A program made the translations under genes and the position numbers. The notes beneath the pieces are model-generated. The model had not been told where the DNA came from. It was given only the letters and a program-made list of their open reading frames with translations, and ran no database searches. Source: an uncultured Patescibacteria group bacterium (lineage in GTDB: Bacteria; Patescibacteriota; Microgenomatia; UBA10105; UBA927). Taken from it: DNA of 64,000 nt. Of this stretch, positions 52,577 to 63,026 are shown piece by piece (position 1 is the first letter of the stretch; each line of letters opens with the position of its first letter). The stretch spans positions 74,740-138,739 of the forward strand of contig CAKZSU010000005.1 in assembly GCA_937921305.1 (NCBI GenBank). The letters run 5' to 3'.

Positions 52577-53227
52577 ATGTCTGAACGATTGCGATTCCAT
52601 GATGTTCTTACCCTCTCCCCGATTGAGATTCGCTATGTCGCTTCTTGTCATCCGTTCTCTGATCGTCCAGGAATCGAGGCATGTCGAAGTATGAGCGGTT
52701 GTCTTCGGTCCTATGTTGTATCTTCTCCTCAAGCATCGTTGACAGTTTCTCTTGCTGATATTGCTGAGCCGTATCCGCATTTGACTCGTCTCGCGCGATC
52801 TGGACTATTTCAAAAGATATCTCCTCAAGCATATTTTGAAGGAGTTTCGTTTCCTTCTGCAGAATCTTCACTTGTGTTTCACAATCCCGGCTTGTATCTT
52901 TTCGCGAAACGGGCAATCCGTCAACGATTGCCTCCGGAAGTGTTGCGCTCAATTGTTGATCATATAGACGGATGTTCGGTAAAACCAGCATATCGAGATG
53001 AGCATAGTCGATGGATTCAGACGACTTATGGCTCTACAAGATTGATTGCCGTTGATCTTTCGTTTTTAACTCATGATGATCACTCCACACCATTTCTTCT
53101 TACGCATGGATATGCTGCTGATGGTAATCATTGCGCGATTCGGTATATTTCAGAGGAAGAATATAATATGTTTCATGCATGGTTTATGGAGAGAAAAAGA
53201 TTATCTCTGTTAATAAAAAGTAAATAA
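52577..53227 (+). CDS. Hypothetical protein
   Basis: 216 aa ORF with a -10-like TAAAAT just upstream; no family recognised. Confidence 0.55.
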   Translation: MSERLRFHDVLTLSPIEIRYVASCHPFSDRPGIEACRSMSGCLRSYVVSSPQASLTVSLADIAEPYPHLTRLARSGLFQKISPQAYFEGVSFPSAESSLVFHNPGLYLFAKRAIRQRLPPEVLRSIVDHIDGCSVKPAYRDEHSRWIQTTYGSTRLIAVDLSFLTHDDHSTPFLLTHGYAADGNHCAIRYISEEEYNMFHAWFMERKRLSLLIKSK

Positions 53228-53260
53228 TCTTTAATTACATCATATAATTGGAATACCTAC

Positions 53261-54679
53261 ATGAATAATCGAATAATAGTATTGAAGCGTTTCATTCTGA
53301 TTGATATTCTTGCTTGTGTCGCAACGGGGCTTTTTATTTTTGCTGGGACAATGGTATCGCTCCATCGATTTTGGCAATATGAAGTGTTTTATTATAATTT
53401 TGGGATTTTTGATCAAGCAATTTGGCATGTTTCTCGATTCCGTCCACCAATTATCGAGCATTTATTGGTTGGCGGAAAACCACTGTTCGCTGATCATTTT
53501 GATGTGAGTATTCTGCTTCTTGCGCCGTTATTCTGGATAACAGACAGAAGCGAGATATTGTTAGTTGCGCAAGCGGTGTTTACTGGTCTTGCTGGATTGA
53601 TTATTTATGCGATTGGCGTTCATGCGCTTCGCGATAAGCTCATGGCGTTGGCGATTTTGCTCTGTTACTTTTTCTTTGTTGGCATTCAAAGCGCGGTAAT
53701 TACTGATTTTCATGATCTTACGGTCATGACCCTTCCTTTAGCGCTGACTTTTTGGGCGATTGTGAAAGGTCATTTGAAGACATTTTGGTTGTTTTTTTTG
53801 ATCACCATAGGATTTAAGGAAGTAACAGTATTGCTTGGCATCAGCATCGCGTTGTTTCTTATCATGTATCGTCCATCTTGGAAGATTCATGGGGTGATTG
53901 CGATCGTTTTCTCCCTTACGTGGGGAGCGCTTACATTTAAGGTATTGATTCCTTATTTTTCTGGTGGGATCTATTTGCATCAACCCGTGTTTCCGGAAAC
54001 GATTGGAGGGAAAATTTCGGCGTTGTGGGATCATCCGTTGAAACGGACTACCGTTTGGTATAGTTTGCTCCAATTTGGATTCTTGCCGATCTTTTTTCCC
54101 GCGATGTGGTTTGCTATCGTGCAAGACTATGTGGTCCGTTTTCTTCCTAAGTTTGTTGAAACGCGATGGTCGCTCGGGCTTCAGTATAATGCGCCGGTAT
54201 CGGTCTTGCTTGGCGTCGCATCTGTGTTTGGGTATGCGTTGATACAAAAGCTCGTTAGGTCGTTCCGATATCTCATTGCGTTGTTTCTTGTAGGAAACGC
54301 GTTTGTGTTATTTCGATTTGTTCATCACGGACCGTTTCTTTTAGCCGTGAATCCCGCGTTTTATGAGCATACAAACAATTTCCATTTTCTTGACGAGGCG
54401 ATTGCGGTGATTCCAAAAGATGCATCGATCATGACGCAAAACAATCTTGGGGCTCGATTCACGCATCAGCGGTTTATGTATCTTCGTTTGAATTATGAAT
54501 CGTTTGCTCCTGATTATATTTTGCTTGATGCGCGAGAAGGACAAAATCCGAATAATACGCTCTTTAGCGGATCGATTGAACAAATACTAAAAAAAGTGCG
54601 GTCTGACGAGCAGTATGAACTCATTTATCATCGCGGCGATCAATACGTGTTTAGAAGACGCCCTCGTGAAGAAAAGTAA
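53261..54679 (+). CDS. DUF2079-like multi-pass membrane protein (probable GT-C fold)
   Basis: GIFDQAIW, DHF, DFH, FKE motifs; many TM helices. Confidence 0.75.
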   Translation: MNNRIIVLKRFILIDILACVATGLFIFAGTMVSLHRFWQYEVFYYNFGIFDQAIWHVSRFRPPIIEHLLVGGKPLFADHFDVSILLLAPLFWITDRSEILLVAQAVFTGLAGLIIYAIGVHALRDKLMALAILLCYFFFVGIQSAVITDFHDLTVMTLPLALTFWAIVKGHLKTFWLFFLITIGFKEVTVLLGISIALFLIMYRPSWKIHGVIAIVFSLTWGALTFKVLIPYFSGGIYLHQPVFPETIGGKISALWDHPLKRTTVWYSLLQFGFLPIFFPAMWFAIVQDYVVRFLPKFVETRWSLGLQYNAPVSVLLGVASVFGYALIQKLVRSFRYLIALFLVGNAFVLFRFVHHGPFLLAVNPAFYEHTNNFHFLDEAIAVIPKDASIMTQNNLGARFTHQRFMYLRLNYESFAPDYILLDAREGQNPNNTLFSGSIEQILKKVRSDEQYELIYHRGDQYVFRRRPREEK

Positions 54680-54680
54680 T

Positions 54681-55333
54681 TTATTCTTTTGTTTTCTTTG
54701 TTAAGAAGGCTACCGCCATCCCAAGATTGAAGTATCGTTCTTTCAAAATGCGAAAGTTCGATTCAAGAATGTGTGTTCTTAGTTTTTTCGCGGTATATTC
54801 TTGAATATGCGCGTCTTCCCAGACGCCATGCCGCATGTGCGTCCACCAATGCCATACAAGGCGAAACATCCAATTCCCGAATCCATTTCTATAACCGCAT
54901 ATCCGTTTGGCGAGAGAACGCGTTGAATTTCCGATAAGACTTGATGCGGATCGATGACATGTTCAAGTATTTCGCAACAGAGCACTAAGTCTTGGGAGTT
55001 GTCCTCCAGGGGAATGGTGTGGCCATCCGCTTCAAGAAATGTGATATGCGGATAGGTTTTTTTCGCGTAGGCAATGGCTTTATCATAGACATCGATTCCG
55101 GTCGACCGAGCTTCTTGATATCGTTTCGCCACTTCGGAAAGAAACCATCCGCTTGCCGATCCAACATCAAGGATTGTTGTTGGCTTATGAGGAATTAAAG
55201 AAAGAACTGTTCGCAATTTATTGGTATGCCAAATGCGCTGCAATATGTTCCGTTGAATGCCTGTTTGGTAGTAATCTGGAGGGACAGCATCCCAGATTTT
55301 TTTTAGTTCTTCAGCAGTTGGAAGTTGATCCAT
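54681..55333 (-). pseudogene. Class I SAM methyltransferase with a 1-nt frameshift near 54874
   Basis: LDVGSASG, EILEHV, LSPNG; restoring one A gives MDSG-N-W-MFRLVW, which joins ORF 54681..54869. Confidence 0.75.
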
Positions 55334-55384
55334 TCATTAATTATCCTATAAAGGAGAAAACAACGGCAAGAAGATAATGTTTAG

Positions 55385-55458
55385 TGACCGTTGAGGGATT
55401 TGAACCCCCGACCTTTGCAATGTGAATGCAACGCTCTTACCAACTGAGCTAAACGGTC
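55385..55458 (-). tRNA. tRNA-Val(CAC)
   Basis: Cloverleaf: acceptor GACCGTT/AACGGTC, D arm GCTC/GAGC, anticodon arm TTGCA-TTCACAT-TGCAA, T loop TTCAAAT; CCA not encoded. Confidence 0.96.
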
Positions 55459-55492
55459 AGGAAAGAGGATGCTTCTTGAGTATGATATCACA

Positions 55493-56113
55493 TCATCCTG
55501 TTTGCGTTGAAGGTGTTCTATCCGCGGAAAGACCAAATTTTGTCCCATGCTTTTTATACATCGCCCAATACCCTTTTCTCTTTTTTCGTTCATATGAAAG
55601 TTGGAGCCACTCTCTGCTTTCATTGACCCGTTTTCGAATCATCTGCAATACTCGTCTAAGTCTCTCAAAAAAATGAACATGATAAACTCCTGGATCAACA
55701 GGAGTCTCCATGATCGCTTTTTCGACTTCTTGATTAAGTTGCCCTATGGATTGTGCAAGTAAAAGCAGTTCTGCGCGGACTGCTTCTAATTGTTGTTTTG
55801 TTCTTCGTTCTTCTTCCGATATTTTCTCCGGAGAAAGAATGTCTGGTTTTTGGGTCATTTCACCTTTTTCTTTTGGCGAGAATGGGAATGACTCAAATGG
55901 ATTGCTGGTGAATTCTCCGGATCGAGGCGTTTGTCCAAACAACGATTGAAATCCGTCGGAAATCATTCCTTTTCCTACATCATTTTTCAATGTTTGCGTC
56001 ACACCAGTTCCCAAATCTCGGAATGCTTCGAGGATACTATCATGATTGATTGGCATTCTCGGTTTTTGGTTTGGTTTTGGTGATGATTGAAAGATATTTG
56101 TCGATTTGTTCAT
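55493..56113 (-). CDS. Conserved hypothetical protein (DUF5660-like)
   Basis: PGVYHVHFFE...KKGYW...GTKF.LS.DR C-terminal pattern. Confidence 0.65.
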   Translation of the reverse strand: MNKSTNIFQSSPKPNQKPRMPINHDSILEAFRDLGTGVTQTLKNDVGKGMISDGFQSLFGQTPRSGEFTSNPFESFPFSPKEKGEMTQKPDILSPEKISEEERRTKQQLEAVRAELLLLAQSIGQLNQEVEKAIMETPVDPGVYHVHFFERLRRVLQMIRKRVNESREWLQLSYERKKRKGYWAMYKKHGTKFGLSADRTPSTQTG

Positions 56114-56128
56114 AGAGTTATTCGTACC

Positions 56129-56989
56129 CTACGCGATCTGCGCCAAAAAATCAATGGTTTTTTGTCTTCTGAGAATAGAAGCGAGGTGGTATCGTTGTCC
56201 TTCTAGCGTCTTTCGTTCTTCATCAGTTTTTGCTGTTTTAATTACTGCGTCAATATCTTCGTCGGATACGACAATGCCTTCCTTATCCGCAATTTCTTCA
56301 AGACCGAACTCTAGCTTGATAGTTTCTTCCGCTTGCTTTTCGTATTCTTTTCGGATGCTTTCGCTTGTCTTCCCTGTGGCACTCAGATATTGTTCAACGG
56401 TTAATCCAAGTGTTCGTGTTTGATCAATGAGTTGAGATAGCAATCTATTAACTTCTTGTTCTATTAAAAGTTTCGGTATTGTAATGGTGATTGCTTTACT
56501 TGTCCACTGAAGGATCTCTTCAATGTTTGGTTTTTTCTTTTGTTCTTCTTCTTTTTCTTTTTCCTGTCCTGGAAGCCAGATTTTCTTATATCTCGACGAT
56601 CGTTCTTCCGAAAGAATTTTTTTGTAGTCGAGAAGCGTCACCGTTGGTCGTTCACAAGTAGAAATGACAACGATCCAGTCTTCTCCTTCTTTTGCTTGTT
56701 TGAGTTCAATTTTTGGAGAAATAATTGGTTTAAGTTGTTCTTTTTCGATAACTTCCGTATAAACGTTTGGAAGAAGTTTTTTGATGACTTCTTCATACAC
56801 TCTTGACCGATCGATTTTTTCCTCGACCATGTGGCGAGGAGCTTTTCCTTTTCGAAATCCTGGGAGCTCTGTTTCTTTTACGATGTCGTCTACGACAGCG
56901 TCGTACACCGCTGAAACATCTGCCCATGGGATTGTTACTGTCAGTTGAATGGTGCCATCATCCTGCTTATGGAACGCGTGAGTAATCAT
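56129..56989 (-). CDS. tig: Trigger factor (lacking PPIase domain)
   Basis: LPGFRKGKAP ribosome-binding signature; short length. Confidence 0.92.
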   Translation of the reverse strand: MITHAFHKQDDGTIQLTVTIPWADVSAVYDAVVDDIVKETELPGFRKGKAPRHMVEEKIDRSRVYEEVIKKLLPNVYTEVIEKEQLKPIISPKIELKQAKEGEDWIVVISTCERPTVTLLDYKKILSEERSSRYKKIWLPGQEKEKEEEQKKKPNIEEILQWTSKAITITIPKLLIEQEVNRLLSQLIDQTRTLGLTVEQYLSATGKTSESIRKEYEKQAEETIKLEFGLEEIADKEGIVVSDEDIDAVIKTAKTDEERKTLEGQRYHLASILRRQKTIDFLAQIA

Positions 56990-57022
56990 AGGATTATTAT
57001 TTTACCATACTATAAGCTCTAA

Positions 57023-57406
57023 TTAAAGACCGAGCGGAAGGACAAGATTTGGGGGATTGAGGGAAGGATCGTCTTTTGAGAAGTCGATCAGTTTTTTTGA
57101 AAATGACGCGATGGTTTCTTCTAACGATATAAATGCGCTTGTTGTCGATATGTTCGTTTGATATCGTATTGGAGTTGGGCTTGGGGTTGGCGTAATGACA
57201 ATCGTTGTTACCTTCGATTCTTCTGGTTTTTTTGTTATCTGTTGTATGGCAATATAGGATCCGATACTAAAAAGAATTCCAATAAACAGAACGATTCCGA
57301 GGAGAATGATGGTGCGTTTTTTGTCTGTGGATTTTTGAGGTGTTGGAGTTGCTTGGGTTGAGACCGGTGATGTTATTGGTTGATTAATAATCGGTTGATT
57401 ATTCAT
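57023..57406 (-). CDS. Single-TM hypothetical protein with PT-rich linker
   Basis: TM helix, TPTPSPTP. Confidence 0.6.
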   Translation of the reverse strand: MNNQPIINQPITSPVSTQATPTPQKSTDKKRTIILLGIVLFIGILFSIGSYIAIQQITKKPEESKVTTIVITPTPSPTPIRYQTNISTTSAFISLEETIASFSKKLIDFSKDDPSLNPPNLVLPLGL

Positions 57407-58208
57407 AAAAATAATCCTTATATTTCATCACTGACATGAGTTCTTTCATGTTTGCTATTCCTTCTTGAAATTCTTGTCTCGCTTGAATTCCTACTGACAC
57501 GACTTCCTCAAATCGTTGGTGGATATCTCTTGAATTTTCAAGCGTTTTTCTCCCTTCTTGAATGATTTGTAGTTTTTGAAGAAAGAGACTTCGTTTGTTG
57601 CTAATTCGTTGAAACCAGCGATCAAGGAGAATATGTCGATCAGTTGGAAGTTCTTGTTTTGCTTCTTCCATGAGAATTTGAGCTGCCATCATGATGCTAC
57701 TATATTCTTGTTCCAATTCTTCAAGCCGAGATTCTGTGAGTCCGATGATGATTTGACGAATCGCCACAGACATTGCGCCATATTGTCGCTCCATGTCTTG
57801 ATTTGCTTTTTCTGCGTCTTTGATTGTTGCGATAGATTCGATAAGCGACGTATGATTTTCAAGAAATTTGATATTATTGTCAATAAGCGTTTGAAACATG
57901 CTTTTATCTTTTTCGTTGACGGTTGATTCGTTTAGTCTCGCTTTAAGGAAAAGAAGATACGCTTGCAGAAGTCTTGCTCTTTGCGCCATCATTTCGCGCG
58001 TTTTGACAATCGCGGTTGTTTCAGATGTGAGTGTTTCAAATTTGAGATATTCATTTTTTGCTATGGAAAACTCGTTATATTTATCTCTATACACATTTGT
58101 TTGATAGAGATAGTCTTGATACATTTGTTGAGACGACGCATGAAGAGGAAAAGGCAAGAGGAAGAAAATAAAGAGTAGTCCTACAAAGAAAATCCATTTG
58201 CTGTTCAT
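57399..58208 (-). CDS. Secreted helical hypothetical protein
   Basis: Signal peptide ending LHA; helical/coiled-coil composition. Confidence 0.65.
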   Translation of the reverse strand: MNSKWIFFVGLLFIFFLLPFPLHASSQQMYQDYLYQTNVYRDKYNEFSIAKNEYLKFETLTSETTAIVKTREMMAQRARLLQAYLLFLKARLNESTVNEKDKSMFQTLIDNNIKFLENHTSLIESIATIKDAEKANQDMERQYGAMSVAIRQIIIGLTESRLEELEQEYSSIMMAAQILMEEAKQELPTDRHILLDRWFQRISNKRSLFLQKLQIIQEGRKTLENSRDIHQRFEEVVSVGIQARQEFQEGIANMKELMSVMKYKDYFYE

Positions 58209-58236
58209 GGCGATAGTCATCTATAATCGTAGCACA

Positions 58237-58914
58237 ATGGCATGGAAAATCAAACAGAAAGAAGAGTGTTGGAGGAGTATACTTTCGCTCTGCTCTCATG
58301 ATGAAATTCCTACCCTTCTTCTTATGTCTGGAGGATCGTCGTTGCGTGTTATGTATGATTTCTCAAAGCATATTCACACATCGCTTTCGCATGTCACGAT
58401 TGGATTTGTGGACGAGCGATTCGATCCGACGCATAGCAACTATGCCGAATTGATGACAATGTTTCCCGATGTTATGCCAACATTGGCATCGCGAGGCGCG
58501 ACATGGATTGATACGCGTCCACATAAAAAAAATGAGTCAGAGATGGCGGATTGGTACGAAAAAACGCTTTTATTATTCGCTTCTTATCGGTGGATCATAT
58601 TGTTAGGCATGGGAGCAGATGGTCATATTGCTGGCATATTCCCCGACAAAGAGGATATATTCATGAAGCGATTTGTTGCTACCAAGCGGTGGGTTGTGGG
58701 ATATGAAGCAAACACGCGTTTTTCAAAGCGATTTACTTTGACATTTCCTTCGATCTCTCGAGCGGACATAATTCTTGCGTATATTGCGGGAGAAGAAAAA
58801 AAAGACACATTGAGAACCGCGCTTTTTGATGATCTACCGCTTCATGATTGCCCCGCGTCTTTCTTCAAGAACACATCGCAACCATGCGAAATTTACACAG
58901 ATATTGTGTTATAG
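58237..58914 (+). CDS. pgl: 6-phosphogluconolactonase family protein
   Basis: MSGGSS, VDER, SNY, LGMGADGHIAGIFP, GEEK. Confidence 0.88.
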   Translation: MAWKIKQKEECWRSILSLCSHDEIPTLLLMSGGSSLRVMYDFSKHIHTSLSHVTIGFVDERFDPTHSNYAELMTMFPDVMPTLASRGATWIDTRPHKKNESEMADWYEKTLLLFASYRWIILLGMGADGHIAGIFPDKEDIFMKRFVATKRWVVGYEANTRFSKRFTLTFPSISRADIILAYIAGEEKKDTLRTALFDDLPLHDCPASFFKNTSQPCEIYTDIVL

Positions 58915-58917
58915 ACA

Positions 58918-60843
58918 TTAAGAAGTTAACGCATCAAGAAGGGTTTGTAGCTTAATATACGCGCCGCACACTAGCGAATCTGCTCCTCCATAATAGACGA
59001 TAAGATTTTCTCCTAATATCACCGTTCCGCATCCAAAGACGGTTCCTGGTCGAAGTCCTTCATGGTCATACCATAATTCAGGTTCTAGAATTGGGTGATC
59101 TAATCGGCTGATAATGTACTCTGGATGATCGAGGTGTAAAAGAACTGCTCCTAACCGATACTGTTTATCCCATCGAGAGAGCGCATGATAGATAAGCAAC
59201 CACCCTTTTTCTGTTTTGACTGGCGGACCGGCGATGCCGACTTTTTCACTATCCCATCGGTCATGACGCGGTCGCATCATGATACGACCATGAAGCCATG
59301 GTTTGTTTGGAAATGTTAGATCATCCACTGCGTCGATCCAGATTGATGGGGCGATACGATGAAAAAATACATACCGTCCATCGATTTTTTCTGGAAGCAA
59401 ACACGAATTTTTGTTGTCAATTGAGGGACTAGAAATAAGTTTTGGCATCTCCCAATTCCATCGTTTTTGAAGAAAATCATCCACTGATATTGAAGTCAGA
59501 GCGATACGGGTCGGATTGACGCCATCATATGCGGTGTATGTCATATATATTTTTTCTCCCATCTGGACAAGTCGGGGGTCTTCGCAACCGGAAAATCCCG
59601 GTCGTTTTTTTTGCTCCTCAGGAATTCTCGGGACATACACCGGTTCAGAAAGGCGTTCGTCAATATGCATGCCGTCTTTTGCCGACGCATATCCCAAAAC
59701 AGATGTATCATCGTCTCCTTGTGCTCGGTACAAGATGTGAACTCGTCCATCAAGATAGATCGCTCCGGGATTATAGGTGAATTTTGATTCCCACAGGTGA
59801 TCTTTTATCGGTGTGATAATTGGATTGTTTTCAAATCGTTCAAGTTTTACCACATGCTTGAGAATTTGGGGAACATGTGTTCGTTCCAGCTTTAATTCGT
59901 TAAGTAAGTCATCAGCATCACATAATGCGACGGCACAATAGGTATCCGCCGCGCCATAATAGAGCGATATCATATTATTTATTTTGACTGCTCCGGTGGG
60001 AAAGGTAATTTTTGGAACAACCCCATGAAGTTCGTACTCTGCCTCTGGCATAAGGAGCGGCGACGGGATGACGGATTCAATGCCTTGTGGGGTTTCGTGG
60101 TGCAGAAGCGCCACTTCAACACCAAAGACGCTGTCGCTCATGCCGTAGTTTTGGATGTACGAATAAAAAAAGAGCCAACCGTCTTGCGTTTTGATCGGCG
60201 GCGCTCCCACTTCGATATGATCAATCGGTGACCGCTGAAGCGGAATGGCGTAATTTTCAAATGTTCGATACCATTTGTCCCAAAAAGAGATAGACCACAG
60301 TTCTTCAACAGTATCAACTTGGGCGTAACAAATCCGCGATGGTGGCATATCGGTATGAACGCTGAGAAGCACAGTGACTTTTCCATTGATTCGCTCTGGA
60401 AACAGTGTCATCGCTTTCGCGTTAAATGGGGTTATTAAATATTTCTGAAAACTTTGAAAATTATCGGTGATAGCGACTGCGCATTTAATCCCCGCGGCTG
60501 TGAATGGATAGGTAGAAAGGGCTGTATAAAAAATATAGTACTTTCCTTCAAAATAGGTAATTCGCGGATCTTCGCATCCGTATTGTTCCCACTCATACTC
60601 TGGTACGATAAGTTGTCGTCGTTCGGAAAAGTGAATACCGTCGTGACTTGTAGCATAGCCAATCGTTGATAGTTCCATTTCTTTTCTGTTATGAATCGAT
60701 TTTTTCCCTTGCGCTCGATAGACCATATGATAGGTGTCCATGAAGCGAACGACAGATCCATTAAATGTTGCGACGGCTTCCCAATCGTGCTCAGGATTTG
60801 GTTTAATCAGTGGATTTGCGTTAGATCGTTTAAAGCTGATCAT
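58918..60843 (-). CDS. Tandem double-domain GH130 glycosidase/phosphorylase
   Basis: Two copies of NP...N...YRA...GCEDPR...YGxAD. Confidence 0.88.
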   Translation of the reverse strand: MISFKRSNANPLIKPNPEHDWEAVATFNGSVVRFMDTYHMVYRAQGKKSIHNRKEMELSTIGYATSHDGIHFSERRQLIVPEYEWEQYGCEDPRITYFEGKYYIFYTALSTYPFTAAGIKCAVAITDNFQSFQKYLITPFNAKAMTLFPERINGKVTVLLSVHTDMPPSRICYAQVDTVEELWSISFWDKWYRTFENYAIPLQRSPIDHIEVGAPPIKTQDGWLFFYSYIQNYGMSDSVFGVEVALLHHETPQGIESVIPSPLLMPEAEYELHGVVPKITFPTGAVKINNMISLYYGAADTYCAVALCDADDLLNELKLERTHVPQILKHVVKLERFENNPIITPIKDHLWESKFTYNPGAIYLDGRVHILYRAQGDDDTSVLGYASAKDGMHIDERLSEPVYVPRIPEEQKKRPGFSGCEDPRLVQMGEKIYMTYTAYDGVNPTRIALTSISVDDFLQKRWNWEMPKLISSPSIDNKNSCLLPEKIDGRYVFFHRIAPSIWIDAVDDLTFPNKPWLHGRIMMRPRHDRWDSEKVGIAGPPVKTEKGWLLIYHALSRWDKQYRLGAVLLHLDHPEYIISRLDHPILEPELWYDHEGLRPGTVFGCGTVILGENLIVYYGGADSLVCGAYIKLQTLLDALTS

Positions 60844-62722
60844 GCAACGGAACTCCTTTCGGTGTATAGGTGTGAACATAATGCAATCGGGTAGATCCAG
60901 TCGCAAGGAGTTCTTTTAGGAAGTCATAAAGATTTGCGGAGGCGGCACAGACAACGGTATCTGCACCTCCATAATACACAATAAGTTGATCATCTTTGAT
61001 AATTGCTCCGCAGGGATAAACAACGCCTCCCTTGAATCCTACGTTGTCATGCGGATGGTCTGGCTGAAGAATTGGTACAACAGACCGCGCGATGACTTTT
61101 GTTGGATCGTGAAGATCAAGGAGCATCGCTCCGACTTTATATCTTCCGCCGTCTTTCTCTCCCACAGCATGATAAATAAGAAGCCATCCGAAAGGCGTTT
61201 TTAGTGGTGGCGCTCCAGCTCCGACTTTTCTTGTATCCCATAATGTTCTGCTTGGTTTTATTCGATATTCTCCTTTTAAGAAGGTTTCTCCGTCAAAATC
61301 GAGGTGATCGACATAATCAAGCAAAATATTTGGATAAATTCGGTGCATGATGGCGTATTTTCCATTAATTTTCTCTGGAAAGATCACGCAGTTTTTGTCC
61401 ACAACGCCTGGCGGAGAGATAAGAATGGGCGTTTTCCAATTCCATTGCTTGGCGTGAAAGTCTTCTACTGAGATAGACGACAATGCAACGCGCGGTGGAT
61501 TTGCCCCGTCATACGCGACGTAGGTAAGGTAATATCGATCTTGAATTTTTGTTAGTCTTGGATCTTCACACCCGCCATACCCTCCACCGCCAGATTCGTA
61601 TGGACTTTTTGCTGATGCAACCGCTGCTGACCAATGTGGCATAGTGACGGGAAGTTCAAATGGCTGTGTCGGCACATAGACTGGTTCATCGGGATGATCG
61701 TCAAAGGTGAATCCATCGGCGCTTGAGGCATATCCTAACACCGATGTGTCCGTGTCTCCTATGGCGCGATACACTAGATGTACGCGGTCCTTATCATATA
61801 TCGCGGCGGCGTTAAATGTTTGTTTGCTTTCCCAGAAATTTTCTGGTCTCGGCTGAATGACTGGGTTTGTTTCAGATCGTTTTAATAGAATATTTGTAAA
61901 TTGCGTTGTTTTGGTAACCATGTGATGAAATGTAGTGTGTGTAATCGCAAATACACCCTCTCCTTCAAAATCCCAGTAGGATACAAGTTCTTTTCCGTTG
62001 TATACAATCCCTATTGGTTCAACAATTTTCCCTTCCCACCCTTGATGGTGTTCCCAGATGGTTTCTGCTTGCCATGATACTGAAAGAAGATTAGTTTTAT
62101 CAATCATCGCGCCATGGAGCGACCAATGTCTTCCGCCAAATCCTCTCGCAAAGTAGAGCAACGCGATTCCCTGATCCATGATAATTGCCGTTCCTGCAAT
62201 GTGCGACAGTGTTCCCCATTGGTCGCTTTGAGCTGGCAGTATTGGCGTCGAGTGAACTTTCCATTGGAGAAAATCTGGCGATTCTGCCACGCGAATATCA
62301 TGATTTCCAAAAAACATGGCGAATTTCCCTTGATGATAATAGTTGGGCACGATTGTTCCCGTTTCCGCAATTTCATGAATCCACCCGACTTCTTTCCACT
62401 GAATAAGATTTTTCGATAGCGCAAGATGCATTCTCCTCGGCGAATGATTCCAATCGATATATGTCATCGCAAAGACATTCCCAAGCATCGATATGCGGAT
62501 GTTGTTGATGTTTCTTACATCAACGAGATTATTATGTTTGTCTTTGATTGATGGATGCTCGTGAAATGTTTTGATCGACATGGTATCGTCTGATGAAAGC
62601 AATTGGAGCGCGCATCGTTCGCCGTCATGAACCATATAGTATAGATAGATATTTCCTTCATGATAATAGACGCCAAGCCCTCGAGAAGTGTCGGATCTTG
62701 GTGGGATAAGAATAGTGTTCAT
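60830..62722 (-). CDS. GH130 protein with degenerate N-terminal propeller
   Basis: C-terminal TFNAAA, YRA, GCEDPR, DKN, YYGGAD; N-terminal half lacks EDPR. Confidence 0.85.
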   Translation of the reverse strand: MNTILIPPRSDTSRGLGVYYHEGNIYLYYMVHDGERCALQLLSSDDTMSIKTFHEHPSIKDKHNNLVDVRNINNIRISMLGNVFAMTYIDWNHSPRRMHLALSKNLIQWKEVGWIHEIAETGTIVPNYYHQGKFAMFFGNHDIRVAESPDFLQWKVHSTPILPAQSDQWGTLSHIAGTAIIMDQGIALLYFARGFGGRHWSLHGAMIDKTNLLSVSWQAETIWEHHQGWEGKIVEPIGIVYNGKELVSYWDFEGEGVFAITHTTFHHMVTKTTQFTNILLKRSETNPVIQPRPENFWESKQTFNAAAIYDKDRVHLVYRAIGDTDTSVLGYASSADGFTFDDHPDEPVYVPTQPFELPVTMPHWSAAVASAKSPYESGGGGYGGCEDPRLTKIQDRYYLTYVAYDGANPPRVALSSISVEDFHAKQWNWKTPILISPPGVVDKNCVIFPEKINGKYAIMHRIYPNILLDYVDHLDFDGETFLKGEYRIKPSRTLWDTRKVGAGAPPLKTPFGWLLIYHAVGEKDGGRYKVGAMLLDLHDPTKVIARSVVPILQPDHPHDNVGFKGGVVYPCGAIIKDDQLIVYYGGADTVVCAASANLYDFLKELLATGSTRLHYVHTYTPKGVPLHDQL

Positions 62723-62872
62723 AACAATTACCTAGAATAAATCCACCGGATTTTTACCCGATTTATATTAGTAGTATCGTGTTTCATGTCTGAATGCAAT
62801 ATGGAACTTTTGGGAATAATTGAAAAAGAATTTAGGATGGTAGGATGACGAAAATGAACGTTTATACATCTT

Positions 62873-62901
62873 TGTCGTGCTGAAACGAGTTCAGCATGAT
62901 A
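62873..62901. repeat. REP/MITE-like palindrome
   Basis: TGTCGTGCTGAAACGAGTTCAGCATGATA. Confidence 0.65.
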
Positions 62902-63026
62902 CGAAATGAGGTTTTAGAATGATAAAAGAATGTCGTACAAGTAACTATGCATAAAATACTCATGATAATAGATAAATGTCTGGACAATTCTAAAAAAAGC
63001 TCGTAACATACAATTAAAGAAATCAT

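Noticed and set aside
55385-55458. tRNA as integration site for an island
   Set aside because: No duplicated tRNA 3' end or adjacent integrase was seen.
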